A stretch of 64,000 nucleotides of DNA from Chthoniobacteraceae bacterium (GCA_031409655.1 JANNXQ010000099.1:1-64000); one strand, 5' to 3'; counted from the first letter of the stretch, positions 27,514-38,704 are shown. The notes: generated by a model from the letters alone, not told the origin. A program made the numbers and translations.

Positions 27514-28233
27514 ATGAAAGGCACCTTCCCATATCTTGCTGCCTTTGGAGCGGCCCTGCTTTTCGTGGTCGCCCCAGCTCCCGCGCAGGCACCCCGGGCT
27601 GTAGCCGTCGCCCCGGTCTCCGCTCCCGCGCGCAGCGAGTCGCGGATCGAAGTCCCTTCTTTCGTTTCGAGCGAAAATCGGACAGCTCCGACTTCCAACG
27701 GTTCCGGGGGTGGAATCATATCCTCCGCCGCGGGGGACTATGTGCTTTCCACGGCCGATACCCTCGAGATGAGCATCTTCCGTGAGCCAGACCTGACGAC
27801 GCGGAGCAAGGTCGGGAGTGACGGGACGGTGCAACTCCCGCTGATCGGGGAGGTGAAAGTGTCCGGACTGACCATTCGCGAAGCTCGTGAAATCATCCGC
27901 AAGCGCTACGATGCCGACTACCTCGTTGATCCGCAGATCTATCTGAATCTGGTCGATTTTGCTCAACGCAAGTTCACCATCCTCGGGCAGGTGATGCGGC
28001 CGGGTTCGTATGAATTTCCGGGCGGTCGGCCGCTCGGGCTCCTTGAGGCCGTCGGCATTGCCGGCGGATTCACCCGGAGCGCTGACAAGGGGAAGGTGCT
28101 TGTCCGGCGCTCGGCCGATGGCGGCGCAGAGGGTTCCATCAAGGTCAATGCCAAGAAACTCTCCGACAGCAGCACTCAGTCCTTTAACGTTCTGCCCGGC
28201 GACGTCATCACGGTGGGGGAGAGTTGGTTTTGA
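27514..28233 (+). CDS. Polysaccharide export protein (Wza/OPX family, Poly_export + SLBB)
   Basis: YVLSTADTLEMSIFREPDL...VGSDGTVQLPLIGEV, GQVMRPG.Y, AGGFT, PGDVITV. Confidence 0.88.
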   Translation: MKGTFPYLAAFGAALLFVVAPAPAQAPRAVAVAPVSAPARSESRIEVPSFVSSENRTAPTSNGSGGGIISSAAGDYVLSTADTLEMSIFREPDLTTRSKVGSDGTVQLPLIGEVKVSGLTIREAREIIRKRYDADYLVDPQIYLNLVDFAQRKFTILGQVMRPGSYEFPGGRPLGLLEAVGIAGGFTRSADKGKVLVRRSADGGAEGSIKVNAKKLSDSSTQSFNVLPGDVITVGESWF

Positions 28234-28294
28234 TCTCCGTGCCGGAATATCACGATCGGCTGGCGTCCCCGCCCGTCGCGCTTTTTGTTCGTCC

Positions 28295-30457
28295 ATGAAG
28301 GATCAAGACCTCACCGCATTGCTGGCCCAGGCATCGGGTGCTCCCGCCGAGTCCACGGATTGGCGGGAGTACTATCATGCCGTCCGCCAGCGGCTTTGGA
28401 TCCCCCTTCTTTGCCTCGTGCTCGGCGGGATCTTCGCTGCGATCTACATGCTCCGGCAGGAGACGGTCTTCCGCGCGCGTGCCGTCCTCTTCCTCGAGCA
28501 GGAGCAGAGCCAAGTGCTGAACAACGTCAAAGGTGTCCGCGAGGAGCAAATTCGCAGCCTCGACATGATCAATACCATCGTCGATCTGCTCGGCAGTTAC
28601 TCCTTCGCGCTCCGCGTCAGTGAGCGGATGAAACTCAGCGAAGACCCGGCCTTCACCCGCCCATTGAAAACGATCGAGGAAGGAAGGCGCCCGACCTCCG
28701 CGGATGCCGCTGGCACGCTCCTGCGCATGGTCAACGCATCCTATCGGAAAAACACCCGTTTGATCGACGTCTTCGTCACCCACCCGGATGCGACGGTCGC
28801 CACGAAACTCGCGAATGCCTTCGCCGACGAATATCTCCGCTACATTTTCGAAAAGAAGACCGAGGCCAATCGCTCCGCCAATCAATTCCTCGTCGAGGAA
28901 GCTGATCGACTTGGGAAGAAGATGCGCGTTTCCGAAGAAGGCATGCAGAGTTTCCGGGAACGCGAACGAGTGGCCTCGCTCGAAAACATGCAGGAGTCCG
29001 CCCAGGTCCGTCTCACGGAGCTCACTGCAAAGATTTCTACCTTGGAGCAAAAGACCTATCAGCTCGATCTGGATATGAAAGTCGTGCGGAGCAATCCGAA
29101 GGATACGGACGAACTCTTGAGGCTTCCGAGCGTCGTCATCGAGCCCAAGATCGCCCGCCTCACCGAGGCGATCGCCGACCGGGAGCGTGACCTTCTCGTC
29201 ATCAGCCAGCGCTATCGCGCTCGCCATCCGACCTACATCGCCCTCCGCACTCAGTTGGACTCTCTGGTCGCTGACCGCAGATCCGCCCTGCAAAACGTCC
29301 TCGTGCTCCTGGAAAACGAACAGAAGCACAATCAGAGTCAGGACGAAGATTTGAAGAAATCGCGCGACGATCAAGAGGAGGAGTTGCTCAAGATCACGAG
29401 AAAAGGGGTCGAGTTTAATCACCTCAAGCGGGAGTCCGAAGCCGACCGGCTCATGTACGACTCCGTGATGGGGCGCGTGAAAGAAATCGACCTTACCAAG
29501 GGCCTCACGGATTCCCCCATTCGCATCCACGAGGCCGCCATGGGGGCTGGTCCGATTGGTGCAAATCTCGTGAAAGTCTATGCAATTGGCCTGATCTTGG
29601 GTCTGCTCGGCGGGGTCGGTCTGGCCATTGGGCTCAATGCGCTCGATTCCTCGATCAAAACCATCGAGCAAGCCGAGCATGCGACCGGGTTGCCGGTACT
29701 CGCCGCTGTCTCCCGCAAAAAAGGCCGGTCCGCCTCGGGGGCGAAAGGCTTGGACGTCTTCGCCAATCGCAGCGGTCTTATCGCGGAAGCGTTCCGCTCG
29801 CTCCGAGCCTCCCTCTCCATGCTCGCGGAGGCCGACGCCCGGCACACCTTCCTCTTCACCAGTGCCGTCCCGTCCGAGGGCAAGACCTTTACCAGTTCCA
29901 ACTTTGCCGCCTCTCTCGGTCAGCAAGGCTTCCGCACTCTTTTGATCGATGCCGATCTCCGCAAGCCCGCCGTCTCCCCGTTGTTTTTCGGCGACCATCG
30001 CAATCCAGGACTGAGCGACGTGCTCGCCGGTCGCATTGCCCTCTCCGAAGCAATCAACCCCTCGGAACTCGAAAACCTTTCCGTGCTCACTGCCGGCAGC
30101 CGCGCTCCCGACCCCGCCGAACTCCTCTCCACCAAGCGGATGAGGGACCTCCTCGAGGAAGCCGGCCGACTCTACGATCGTGTGGTCATCGACACCGCCC
30201 CGACGCTCGCCGTGAGCGACGCCTTGCTCCTCGCGCCGCAGGCCGATGTCGTCTGTCTGGTCATCCGTTCCTGTTCCACTTCCCGGAAATCGGTGGCCCG
30301 TGCGGTGAGATCCCTGTCCGACGCCGGTAGCCGCCCGGCCGGGATCATCTTGAATTTTATCCCGAGCGGCTCCAATCAAGACTCCTACTACTACTCCGGC
30401 AAGACCTACGGTTCCTATGGCGCCAAAGGTGTTTACGGAGCTGGCACTCATCAATAG
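28295..30457 (+). CDS. Polysaccharide co-polymerase / BY-kinase (Wzc/GumC-like)
   Basis: Two TM helices flanking coiled coils; AEAFRSLR, SAVPSEGKT, LLIDADLR, VIDTAP; Tyr cluster SYYYSGKTYGSYG. Confidence 0.93.
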   Translation: MKDQDLTALLAQASGAPAESTDWREYYHAVRQRLWIPLLCLVLGGIFAAIYMLRQETVFRARAVLFLEQEQSQVLNNVKGVREEQIRSLDMINTIVDLLGSYSFALRVSERMKLSEDPAFTRPLKTIEEGRRPTSADAAGTLLRMVNASYRKNTRLIDVFVTHPDATVATKLANAFADEYLRYIFEKKTEANRSANQFLVEEADRLGKKMRVSEEGMQSFRERERVASLENMQESAQVRLTELTAKISTLEQKTYQLDLDMKVVRSNPKDTDELLRLPSVVIEPKIARLTEAIADRERDLLVISQRYRARHPTYIALRTQLDSLVADRRSALQNVLVLLENEQKHNQSQDEDLKKSRDDQEEELLKITRKGVEFNHLKRESEADRLMYDSVMGRVKEIDLTKGLTDSPIRIHEAAMGAGPIGANLVKVYAIGLILGLLGGVGLAIGLNALDSSIKTIEQAEHATGLPVLAAVSRKKGRSASGAKGLDVFANRSGLIAEAFRSLRASLSMLAEADARHTFLFTSAVPSEGKTFTSSNFAASLGQQGFRTLLIDADLRKPAVSPLFFGDHRNPGLSDVLAGRIALSEAINPSELENLSVLTAGSRAPDPAELLSTKRMRDLLEEAGRLYDRVVIDTAPTLAVSDALLLAPQADVVCLVIRSCSTSRKSVARAVRSLSDAGSRPAGIILNFIPSGSNQDSYYYSGKTYGSYGAKGVYGAGTHQ

Positions 30458-30804
30458 GGTTCTTGGGTTAAGCATCCCGGCAAGCCGTTCCTGATCAGCT
30501 TCCCGCCGAGCACAACCTCGCCGCAGCATTCCCCCGTTCTTCCAGACTTCTTCCCGTTTCGAATCAGGGTTTTTACTGAAATCCGGCCAACTCCCGAAGG
30601 CCATGCCGATCACCCCGGCCAACAATCCAGCACGGCGAACCGTGACGCTAAACATCCGGTCTTCCGCGTCGGAAACGACCAAGTGCGGCAGCATGCCTGC
30701 GTGGCCGGACGTGCTCGCCGGAAGGTCCTCTCTCTCTCATGGATCCGTTTGTCATCCCTGTGATCGCGGCCTGCTCGAGGCGCTGGGGGTGGTGCCGGGG
30801 AACC

Positions 30805-32028
30805 ATGGCTGAGGGCGTCACCGTTGCCTACAGCGGCATTCACCAAGCCTGTCAACTTGCACTCGCCGCGCAAGAATCCGGGCTGCTGAAAACGTTCTAT
30901 TGTTCGATTTTCGACGCGCCAGGATTGTGGGGCGGAAAGCTCGCGCGGGTCTTCGGCAGCGCGGCTCTGGCCAACCGGCGCGTGGATGGGCTGCCGGTGG
31001 AGAAAGTGGTGGAGTTTCCCTGGCCGCTGCTCTGCCACCGACTGCGCGCCAGGTGGCGCCCGGATTCCGCGCACGATTTGCTCACCGCGCATGACGCTTT
31101 CGACCGCCAAGTGGCCAGCGCCTTGGATTGCTCGCCGAGCGCCGTCTTCGTCGGCACGGAAACCTGCGCTCAGCATGCCTTCAAAGTCTGCGCCCGCCGC
31201 GGCATCACCCGCTTGCTCGACTGCCCGCAATTACACCCGACCTACCTCACGACGGTCTTGGACGAAGCTGCCGACCGCGCCCAGATGCCCCAGCGCGCGC
31301 CGGTCGATACTCCGGGGATGGCGGCGCGCAAGGCCGAGGAATATGCGACCGCCGATCGCCTGCTCGTTTACTCCGAGGTCCACCGACGCAGCTTCCTGCT
31401 CGCCGGCTTCCCCGAGGAACGCCTGTTCGAATGCCCGCTCTGGGTCGATTCCGACCTGTGGTTTCCGGATGCCCCCGAGCAGACGACCCGATCCGGTAAA
31501 TTGCGGGTCCTCTTCGTGGGCGGCATCAACCTCCGCAAAGGAGTGCCCTTCCTGCTAGAGGCGGCCCGCAAGCTGGGTGACGGGATCGAACTCACCCTGG
31601 TCGGTGCAGTAGCGGCCGAGATGACGCCAATCCTCCGCGCCTACCCCGCACCGCTGACGCTCATCGAACCGCAGACGAAAGCCGCCTTGCGCACCATCTT
31701 CACCAGCCACGATATCCTCGTCCTGCCATCAATCGCCGACTCCTTCGGTTTTGTCGGCCTCGAGGCCATGGCGTGCGGCCTGCCGGTGATCGTCACGGAA
31801 AACTGCGGCGTCCCCGTGCCCGACCCCGCGTGGCGGGTGCCCGTCATGAACGGGCCCGCGCTCGCTGGCAGACTGGCCCATTACGCAGCCAATCGCGACG
31901 CCCTCGAAGCAGACCGCCAGGCCGCCCTGGCCTTCGCCGTGAATTTCACTCCAGCCCGTTACCGGGGCACGATCGGCCAGTTCCTTCGTGCGACCGTGGA
32001 TCGGTCTGCCCTACCCGGGAACTCCTGA
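30805..32028 (+). CDS. Glycosyltransferase family 4
   Basis: LFVGGINLRKG, LVLPSIADSFGFVGLEAMACGLPVI. Confidence 0.9.
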   Translation: MAEGVTVAYSGIHQACQLALAAQESGLLKTFYCSIFDAPGLWGGKLARVFGSAALANRRVDGLPVEKVVEFPWPLLCHRLRARWRPDSAHDLLTAHDAFDRQVASALDCSPSAVFVGTETCAQHAFKVCARRGITRLLDCPQLHPTYLTTVLDEAADRAQMPQRAPVDTPGMAARKAEEYATADRLLVYSEVHRRSFLLAGFPEERLFECPLWVDSDLWFPDAPEQTTRSGKLRVLFVGGINLRKGVPFLLEAARKLGDGIELTLVGAVAAEMTPILRAYPAPLTLIEPQTKAALRTIFTSHDILVLPSIADSFGFVGLEAMACGLPVIVTENCGVPVPDPAWRVPVMNGPALAGRLAHYAANRDALEADRQAALAFAVNFTPARYRGTIGQFLRATVDRSALPGNS

Positions 32029-32030
32029 TC

Positions 32031-33671
32031 TTGCACTCCCGTTCCCAGAGCAGCCTGCTGGATCACGTCCCCGGAGCCCGCTCCGCTTCGGCGCAACGCG
32101 ACACCAATCGTCCCGGTTGGCTCTCCTGGCTGCTCCCACTTTTCGCCCTCGCCTGCTGGACGCTCGCCATTCGGCACCTATCCCCGGAGTGGACCCTGAA
32201 CGAGCAATACCACTTCGGCTGGCTGGTTCCCGCCCTCGCCGCCTACCTCATCAAGGTCCGCTTCGAGCGACTCCCTGCTGAGGCTCCCGCACCCAGTCGG
32301 TGGCTCGTCAGCACCGCCGTTCTCTTCCTCGCCTTCGCAAGCGTCCTCATCATGCCGATCCGCGAGGCGAATCTGGACTGGCGCCTCGTCGAATGGTCGC
32401 TCGCCGGTGTGGCCATCGCCGCCAGCCTCGTCTGCTTCTGGCAACTCGGCGGCTTCCCTTGGGTACGTCAGTTCACCTTCCCTCTCTTTTTCTTCCTCAT
32501 CGCCGTCCCGCTTCCTCGCAACCTCGAGTACCCTTGGATGGATCGGCTGATGCTCAACAACGCCAGCATCTCCGTTGAGCTGCTCCATTGGCTTGGCGTG
32601 GACGCTCAAGCGAGGGGAAATCTCATCCAACTTCCCACGTGCACTCTGGGGGTTGAGGAAGCCTGCAGCGGCATCCGCTCCCTGCAGAGCACCTTGATGC
32701 TTAGCTTGTTTCTTGGGGAAATCCTCGCCCTGCGCTGGCCCCGCCGCCTCGTGTTGCTTGCCGCCGCCCTCGGCTGGGCGCTGGTCACCAACGTCGGCCG
32801 GACGGCGACCCTCGGCTGGCTCGCCGCCCGCGACGGCCTCCCCGCAGTGGACCGCTGGCACGACACTGCCGGCTTTTCCGTACTCGCCCTGTGCGCCATC
32901 ACCGTCACTTTCACTGCATGGCTTTTGCATCGCTCGTCCTTGGGGAATGCTCACCGCTCTCCCGATGCCCAGGCCTTCGATGCTGCGACCTTCGCCAGCC
33001 GCCTTCGTCCCGCCGCGACCGCAGGTGGCTTCAGCATCATCCTGCTTTTCGTCGGCCTTGGGCTGAACAAATTCTGGTTCGACCTCCACGAACGCGCGCT
33101 CACCGCGGTAACGGAATGGGAATTCCGTCTTCCGACCGAACAACCTTTCTACCGCGATCTCCCGATCTCACCCCTGACGCAAAGGATCCTTCATGCCAGT
33201 GAAGGGTACAGCGGTGGCTGGCAGGACACTTCAGGAACCCGCTGGCAGGCCTTCTATTTCCGTTGGTATGCCGGCAGGTCGGCCACGCAGACGGCGCGTA
33301 AACATGATCCGCGTGACTGCCTTGGAAGGATGGGGATGGAACTCTTGGGTGAATTACCGCGCGTCGAATTCAGCAAAGGAGATCTGACACTCCTGTTTAG
33401 AGCATATCACTTCCGCGATGGGCAACACGATCTCTATCTGTTCAACTGTTTGACTGAAGATCTTCGAGCCTTGGATCAGACGTACCGAGGTCGCGAATCC
33501 AATTCCCCATCCGCCCGTTTCGCTGCCGCAGTGGCCGGGCGGAGACAAGCCGGCCAGCGCCGCGTGGAAGTCGCAGTGTGGGGTGCTCCCGACGCGGCAA
33601 CGGCGGCCCGGCGCTTCTCCGCGTTACTTGCCCAGCAGATCCAGGTCGGAGGCCAATCGCTAAATCCGTAG
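32031..33671 (+). CDS. Exosortase with C-terminal EpsI-like domain
   Basis: NEQYHFGWLVP, FP..FFLIAVP, VEEACSGIRSL (Cys), N..R, WHDTAG (His), HDPRDCL. Start approximate (in-frame TTG 32031). Confidence 0.88.
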   Translation: MHSRSQSSLLDHVPGARSASAQRDTNRPGWLSWLLPLFALACWTLAIRHLSPEWTLNEQYHFGWLVPALAAYLIKVRFERLPAEAPAPSRWLVSTAVLFLAFASVLIMPIREANLDWRLVEWSLAGVAIAASLVCFWQLGGFPWVRQFTFPLFFFLIAVPLPRNLEYPWMDRLMLNNASISVELLHWLGVDAQARGNLIQLPTCTLGVEEACSGIRSLQSTLMLSLFLGEILALRWPRRLVLLAAALGWALVTNVGRTATLGWLAARDGLPAVDRWHDTAGFSVLALCAITVTFTAWLLHRSSLGNAHRSPDAQAFDAATFASRLRPAATAGGFSIILLFVGLGLNKFWFDLHERALTAVTEWEFRLPTEQPFYRDLPISPLTQRILHASEGYSGGWQDTSGTRWQAFYFRWYAGRSATQTARKHDPRDCLGRMGMELLGELPRVEFSKGDLTLLFRAYHFRDGQHDLYLFNCLTEDLRALDQTYRGRESNSPSARFAAAVAGRRQAGQRRVEVAVWGAPDAATAARRFSALLAQQIQVGGQSLNP

Positions 33672-33675
33672 GCTT

Positions 33676-34377
33676 GTGATGATCGACGCCCCTCCATCTC
33701 CGCCCAAACGTTTCCCGTCGGTTCGTCCCGCAACGGCTCGCCGAACTCCCCGGCGTATCTTCTCCCGAACCCTGGTCGCCTGCCTTGTTTCCGCTAGCGC
33801 CGTGCTCGGCAGCTTCTGGATTCTGCGAGTCCCAATCCTCACCGGGGTGGCAGACGCCTTCATCGTCGATGAGCCCTTGCCTGAGTCTGCCGATGCTATC
33901 GTCGTGCTCGGCGGTGGATTGGATAAACGGCCCGGAGAAGCCGCCAGACTCTACCATCTTGGCATTGCGCCAAAGATCCTGGTTGCATGCCCGGAAGTCA
34001 CTCCGGCAAGTCAACTTGGGATCATCCCTTCCGAAGGCGACATTGCGGTGCAACTGCTGGTCAGACTCGGCGTGCCAAGTCAGTCGATTGAAAAACTCGA
34101 TCGCAAAGTCACCAGCACTTACGACGAAGCGATGGCCGCGCGTGAATGGGTCGTCCGGACATCCGCTCGGAATATTGTGATTCCGACCGACATTTTCCAT
34201 ACTCGCCGAGTGAATTGGATCTTCACCAAGGTCATCCGCGGGACGGATGTCAGGGTCTGCGTAACGGCCATCCAATCAAAACAGTATTCCCATGCAGACT
34301 GGTGGCAGTACGAACTGGGAGTCACGAATTTTCAAAACGAAACTCTCAAGCTGCTTTTCTACTTTGCGAAGTACTGA
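33676..34377 (+). CDS. YdcF/DUF218 (ElyC/SanA-like) protein
   Basis: ADAIVVLGGG, STYDEA, IPTDIFHTRR, E.LK motifs; N-terminal TM helix. Confidence 0.85.
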   Translation: MMIDAPPSPPKRFPSVRPATARRTPRRIFSRTLVACLVSASAVLGSFWILRVPILTGVADAFIVDEPLPESADAIVVLGGGLDKRPGEAARLYHLGIAPKILVACPEVTPASQLGIIPSEGDIAVQLLVRLGVPSQSIEKLDRKVTSTYDEAMAAREWVVRTSARNIVIPTDIFHTRRVNWIFTKVIRGTDVRVCVTAIQSKQYSHADWWQYELGVTNFQNETLKLLFYFAKY

Positions 34378-34587
34378 ACGGATGTCGCGACTGATTGTAT
34401 TGCTCGACAATCGCTCCGCGATTGCATCCCGCGATCAAGTTTTGGTGTGTCACTTCATCGTTCATCCCCCCGATCCTGAGCACCCAAAGCAGCGGGTTGC
34501 GCAAAGAGTTGCGCAGCTAACGACACCGTCTATCTGATTCAGAGATCGTCAGGCGCGGCACAATCCCCGATAACGAGCCCCCCAGTC

Positions 34588-35877
34588 GTGGGTCGATGGT
34601 TGCGGTGGGGATCGATTTTGGGACGATTCGCTAGCGTTCAAGTGATCGTGCAGGCGGTGAATGCAGTCACCGGTCTCCTTTTGGTTCGCCTCCTTGACAA
34701 ACATGACTACGCTCTTTTTACGATCGCGAGTTCCATGCAGGCAATGCTGAATCTGTTTACGGATTGCGGCATCAATGCCGGGTTATTCGCTATCGGAGGG
34801 CGCGTGTGGTGCGACCGGAACGACATGGGCCGACTGATTGAGACGGCGCTTCGCCTGCGCCGCCAACTAAGCATCGTTGCCGTATTGGTCGTTTCTCCCA
34901 TTTCGCTTTGGCTCCTAATCAGTAATGGCGCCTCCGTCATGGAAGCTGCCTTGCTCACCGCGGTAGTGGTGGGAACTGTCCATTTCGTCACAGCAGCCGC
35001 CGTCTTTGGTGTGGTCACAAAGCTACACTCCAGATATTCCGAGATTCAACGGGTAGATCTCGCAGGCGCGCTCTCGCGCTTCGGTATGGTCCTCGCAGCG
35101 GCCGCAATATTTGTGAACGCTCTCCTCGCCGCCGTGGCCTCCTCAGTCTCGCAGATCGTCCAATGCTTTTTAGTTCGTCGTCAGGCATTCGCCTTGATCT
35201 CCGCCGATCAACCGGATGACTGCGGGTACCGAAAGCAGTTGCTCACAATGGTCAAGAGCCAGGCAATTTATTTCGTCTTCTACGCCCTGCAGGGGCAATT
35301 GAGCGTGGTGCTGATCAGCGCTCTTGGCACCACTGGGCAGGTCGCGGATGTTGGTGCCCTCAGCAGACTTGGCTTGATCTCCGGGGTCTTGGGTGCAGTC
35401 ATCAATCAGGTGATTGCCCCGGCGTTTGCCCGCATCCAAGACCGGCGGCACTTGTGTCGGACGTTTGCGCAGACTCTCTTGCTGACGCTGTTGTTCGGTC
35501 TGGGATGCATCGCCATTGGGCGTGTCTTTGCTCCGCGAATCCTCTGGCTGTTTGGGACGCCTTATTCGCATCTCACTGCGGAACTCGTCTGGATGATGGT
35601 CAGCATCGCGCTGGGTTTGGTGCTCGCGGTCATCTGGGCGCTCAATACCGCCAGAGGTTGGCTCCATGCGACATGGCTAATGGTGCCACTTACCCTTGCG
35701 ACCCAAGTGGCGTTGACTCAATGCCTGAACCTCTCCACCGTCCGTGGCGTTCTCCTTTTTTCCATCCTCGCTCAGCTTCCAAACCTCTCGGTCAGTGCGT
35801 GGTTGACCGCGCGGGGCTTTGTTCGATTTGAGAATCACCCTCCAGAGCCGCCAACCGGGCAAACTCTTCCAGCATGA
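34588..35877 (+). CDS. Polysaccharide flippase (Wzx-like)
   Basis: Multi-TM protein, LLVRLL...YALF..ASS....LFTDCG pattern; EPS locus context. Confidence 0.75.
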   Translation: MGRWLRWGSILGRFASVQVIVQAVNAVTGLLLVRLLDKHDYALFTIASSMQAMLNLFTDCGINAGLFAIGGRVWCDRNDMGRLIETALRLRRQLSIVAVLVVSPISLWLLISNGASVMEAALLTAVVVGTVHFVTAAAVFGVVTKLHSRYSEIQRVDLAGALSRFGMVLAAAAIFVNALLAAVASSVSQIVQCFLVRRQAFALISADQPDDCGYRKQLLTMVKSQAIYFVFYALQGQLSVVLISALGTTGQVADVGALSRLGLISGVLGAVINQVIAPAFARIQDRRHLCRTFAQTLLLTLLFGLGCIAIGRVFAPRILWLFGTPYSHLTAELVWMMVSIALGLVLAVIWALNTARGWLHATWLMVPLTLATQVALTQCLNLSTVRGVLLFSILAQLPNLSVSAWLTARGFVRFENHPPEPPTGQTLPA

Positions 35878-36605
35878 AGTCCTTCATTCGGAGAATGCTT
35901 TCAATGGCAGTGCCGCGGCGCTTTGACCTCCCATTAGCGTATTGGAATCAGCGCCGCTTGGGTGGCATCGAACCGGAAATTCTCTGCGCGCGTCGATGGG
36001 TGCGTCCAGGCGGTGTGGCCGTCGATATTGGGGCTAATTCAGGACTTTACACTTATGAACTGTCCCGATGGTTCGACCGCGTTGAAGCCCTCGAGCCAAA
36101 CATGCAAGTGAGTCAACGGATTCGCGACTGGGGAAAGGCGAATGTCAACCTGAGATCGGTGGGTGCCTCCTCTTCTGCCCTGCGAGCAGTTCTTCACGTG
36201 CCGGTTTCTGCGCGAGGGGTTGAGTATGCAGGATGGGGAACGCTTTACCCGGATTCCTTGGAGAGTCCGGCGTCAGTAAGGAGCACGAGCGTTGATCTGG
36301 TGAGTCTCGATTCACTTGAACTGAGGGAGGTCGCGTTCGTCAAAATCGACGTCGAAGGACACGAACAGAATGTCCTTGAAGGCGCATTGGAAACGATCTG
36401 CCGATGCCGACCGGTGGTTATGGTGGAGGTCAAACGTCAGTCTCGAGAATTCGTGGCTTCATACTTTCAACGGCTTCACCACCGACTGCACTTTCTCGAA
36501 GGAAGAGATTTGAAGCCTATCTCCGATGATCTCGCGCCCGATAACTGGCCACGGGAAAATGTCTTTGCCATACCGACTGCAGTTGAACATGCCCCAAGGC
36601 CATGA
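35874..36605 (+). CDS. FkbM-family methyltransferase
   Basis: VDIGANSG, LEP, KIDVEGHE..VLEGA. Confidence 0.9.
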   Translation: MKSFIRRMLSMAVPRRFDLPLAYWNQRRLGGIEPEILCARRWVRPGGVAVDIGANSGLYTYELSRWFDRVEALEPNMQVSQRIRDWGKANVNLRSVGASSSALRAVLHVPVSARGVEYAGWGTLYPDSLESPASVRSTSVDLVSLDSLELREVAFVKIDVEGHEQNVLEGALETICRCRPVVMVEVKRQSREFVASYFQRLHHRLHFLEGRDLKPISDDLAPDNWPRENVFAIPTAVEHAPRP

Positions 36606-37384
36606 ATATTCTCCGTCTGCTTTATCCCCTTCGACTCCGACAGAGTTTTTATTCCCGCATCATCTCAAAAAGGTTCGGATTTCCTCACCTGCCACCCTCA
36701 GGGTCTCGACTCCATTTCGCTGCTGCCTCCCTTCCGGCGCTCTTACCCACGGATTGGGGACATCGCCAGATCGCGTGGCTCGGATTCTATGAACTTGAAC
36801 TCAGTCGCCGCATCGTAGCGCTGGCACAGGAGGGTGGCCTGCTCGTCGATGTGGGTGCAAACATAGGCTACTTTTCGTGTCTCTGGGCTGCCGCCAGTTC
36901 GCGCAACTCAGTGTGCGCATTTGAGGCTTCGCCAAGGAATTTTCCGATGTTGCAACGCAACGTTGCGGCGCAGTCCGTTTCAGAGCGAGTGAAGTTGTTT
37001 GAGCAGGCGGTGGGCAAGGAGCAAGGCACACTCGCCTTTGACGTTGGGCCACAAGAACAAAGTGGTTGGGGAGGACTGACGAACTCGGCTTCGGCACAAA
37101 CTCTTGAAGTGAATGTGGGCAGACTCGACGATTTGCTTCCTGCGGAAAGCCAAGTCTCCGTCTTAAAGATCGACACCGAAGGCGCCGACGCGTGGGTTTT
37201 AGCTGGAGCAGAACGGTTACTGCGGAACCGCCAGATTCAGCACATCTTCTACGAGGAAAACCTGGAGCGAATGGCGCAGCTTGGTATTGCTCCCCGAACC
37301 GCGGTGCAATTCCTGACCGGCCTCGGATACAAGGTTTCCAACCTTGACCATTCACCCAATGAATTTCACGCTTCTCTTACATGA
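36602..37384 (+). CDS. FkbM-family methyltransferase
   Basis: VDVGANIGYFS, AFEASP, LKIDTEGAD..VL.GA. Confidence 0.9.
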   Translation: MNILRLLYPLRLRQSFYSRIISKRFGFPHLPPSGSRLHFAAASLPALLPTDWGHRQIAWLGFYELELSRRIVALAQEGGLLVDVGANIGYFSCLWAAASSRNSVCAFEASPRNFPMLQRNVAAQSVSERVKLFEQAVGKEQGTLAFDVGPQEQSGWGGLTNSASAQTLEVNVGRLDDLLPAESQVSVLKIDTEGADAWVLAGAERLLRNRQIQHIFYEENLERMAQLGIAPRTAVQFLTGLGYKVSNLDHSPNEFHASLT

Positions 37385-37570
37385 TTGGACGCGTTCCTCT
37401 GCGTCCGAAGCGGCATGTGGAGCGTTCCGGAAAGCCCGCTCTAACCCACCAAAAACGAACGACTGGTCGATGAAGTGCTTGCCAGTGGGCAACGCAACTT
37501 CGGCGATTCAAGCAGCAAAAGGCGGGAATTTGTTTTTCTGCCTACGCCTCTCGATTTCCAAAAAACCTCG

Positions 37571-38704
37571 GTGAGCGAAAGTGCCTCTGTGATCGGCGAG
37601 AAATCTCCTCTTGAGAATGTGATCCATGGGAAGGTGAGCGCTCCGCATCGGTTGCCGTGTTTGGACGGCCTTCGAGCGCTTTCTATTCTTGGCGTGATGT
37701 ATTCACACGCCCGTTTGACGTTTCCGTTCCATTCCGACTGGCTGGACATGCTATTCGAGCATGGTCATCTGGGAGTTTACATTTTCTTTGTCCTGAGCGG
37801 CTACTTGATCACATACCTGCTCCGGAAGGAGAACGAGGCGACCGGAGGAATTAACCTGTTCGATTTTTATGCACGCCGTGTCCTTCGAATATTTCCGGCT
37901 TTTTATGCGTTTGTCGCTGTACTCGCGGTTTTGACTGGACTCGGTTTATTGTCCATTTCCAAAGTGCATTTTATTTCGGCTGGATCGTTTGCTTGGAACT
38001 ACAAACACCTTTGGGATCATAGCGTCGGGAGCGGCAATTGGTTTTTAGGGCATATCTGGTCTCTCTCGCTGGAGGAGCAGTTTTACCTGCTTTGGCCGGT
38101 GACTCTCATCTTGTTTGGTTTTCGCCATGCACCGCGAATTCCCCTCGCCTTGATTCTTTGCCTCCCGCTTGTCCGGGTGATCACGTATTTCATCTGGCCT
38201 GAGGCCCGCGGGCAGTTGGGAATGATGGTCCATACATCTGCGGATCGACTGATGTTTGGGTGCCTGTTAGCTCTTTGGGATGGGCACCCGCGCTTTGAGC
38301 GAGCGATGCAGTCCTTCCGCCATCCGCTTTGGCCTGCTTTGGCTTCGATCGTGCTCGTTTTTGGTATTCCCAGTTTGGCGAGCAGATTTGGCGGCGCATT
38401 CGAATTGCCGATCGGGCTAACGCTGGAAGGCCTCCTGATTGGATTTCTTTTGGCTTGGCTCTTGCGGAATTCCGGTTGCTTGGCTGGTCGACTGCTCAAC
38501 TCGCGACCATTCGTCCACATTGGTGTCTTGTCTTACAGCCTGTATCTTTGGAATCCGCTGTTTCTCACTCCTCTCAACGACTCCTGGACAGGCCGGTTTC
38601 CGATGAACCTGCTATGCACCCTTGCTGCCGCGGAAATCTCGTTTTATTTGGTTGAGCAGCCAATTCTGAAGTTGCGGCGTTTCTTTCGATCAAGTTCTGG
38701 ATAA
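37571..38704 (+). CDS. Membrane O-acyltransferase (Acyl_transf_3/OafA-like)
   Basis: LDGLRA, GVYIFFVLSGYLI, FYARRVLRIFP, HIWSLSLEEQFY, SYSLYLW. Start uncertain. Confidence 0.9.
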   Translation: MSESASVIGEKSPLENVIHGKVSAPHRLPCLDGLRALSILGVMYSHARLTFPFHSDWLDMLFEHGHLGVYIFFVLSGYLITYLLRKENEATGGINLFDFYARRVLRIFPAFYAFVAVLAVLTGLGLLSISKVHFISAGSFAWNYKHLWDHSVGSGNWFLGHIWSLSLEEQFYLLWPVTLILFGFRHAPRIPLALILCLPLVRVITYFIWPEARGQLGMMVHTSADRLMFGCLLALWDGHPRFERAMQSFRHPLWPALASIVLVFGIPSLASRFGGAFELPIGLTLEGLLIGFLLAWLLRNSGCLAGRLLNSRPFVHIGVLSYSLYLWNPLFLTPLNDSWTGRFPMNLLCTLAAAEISFYLVEQPILKLRRFFRSSSG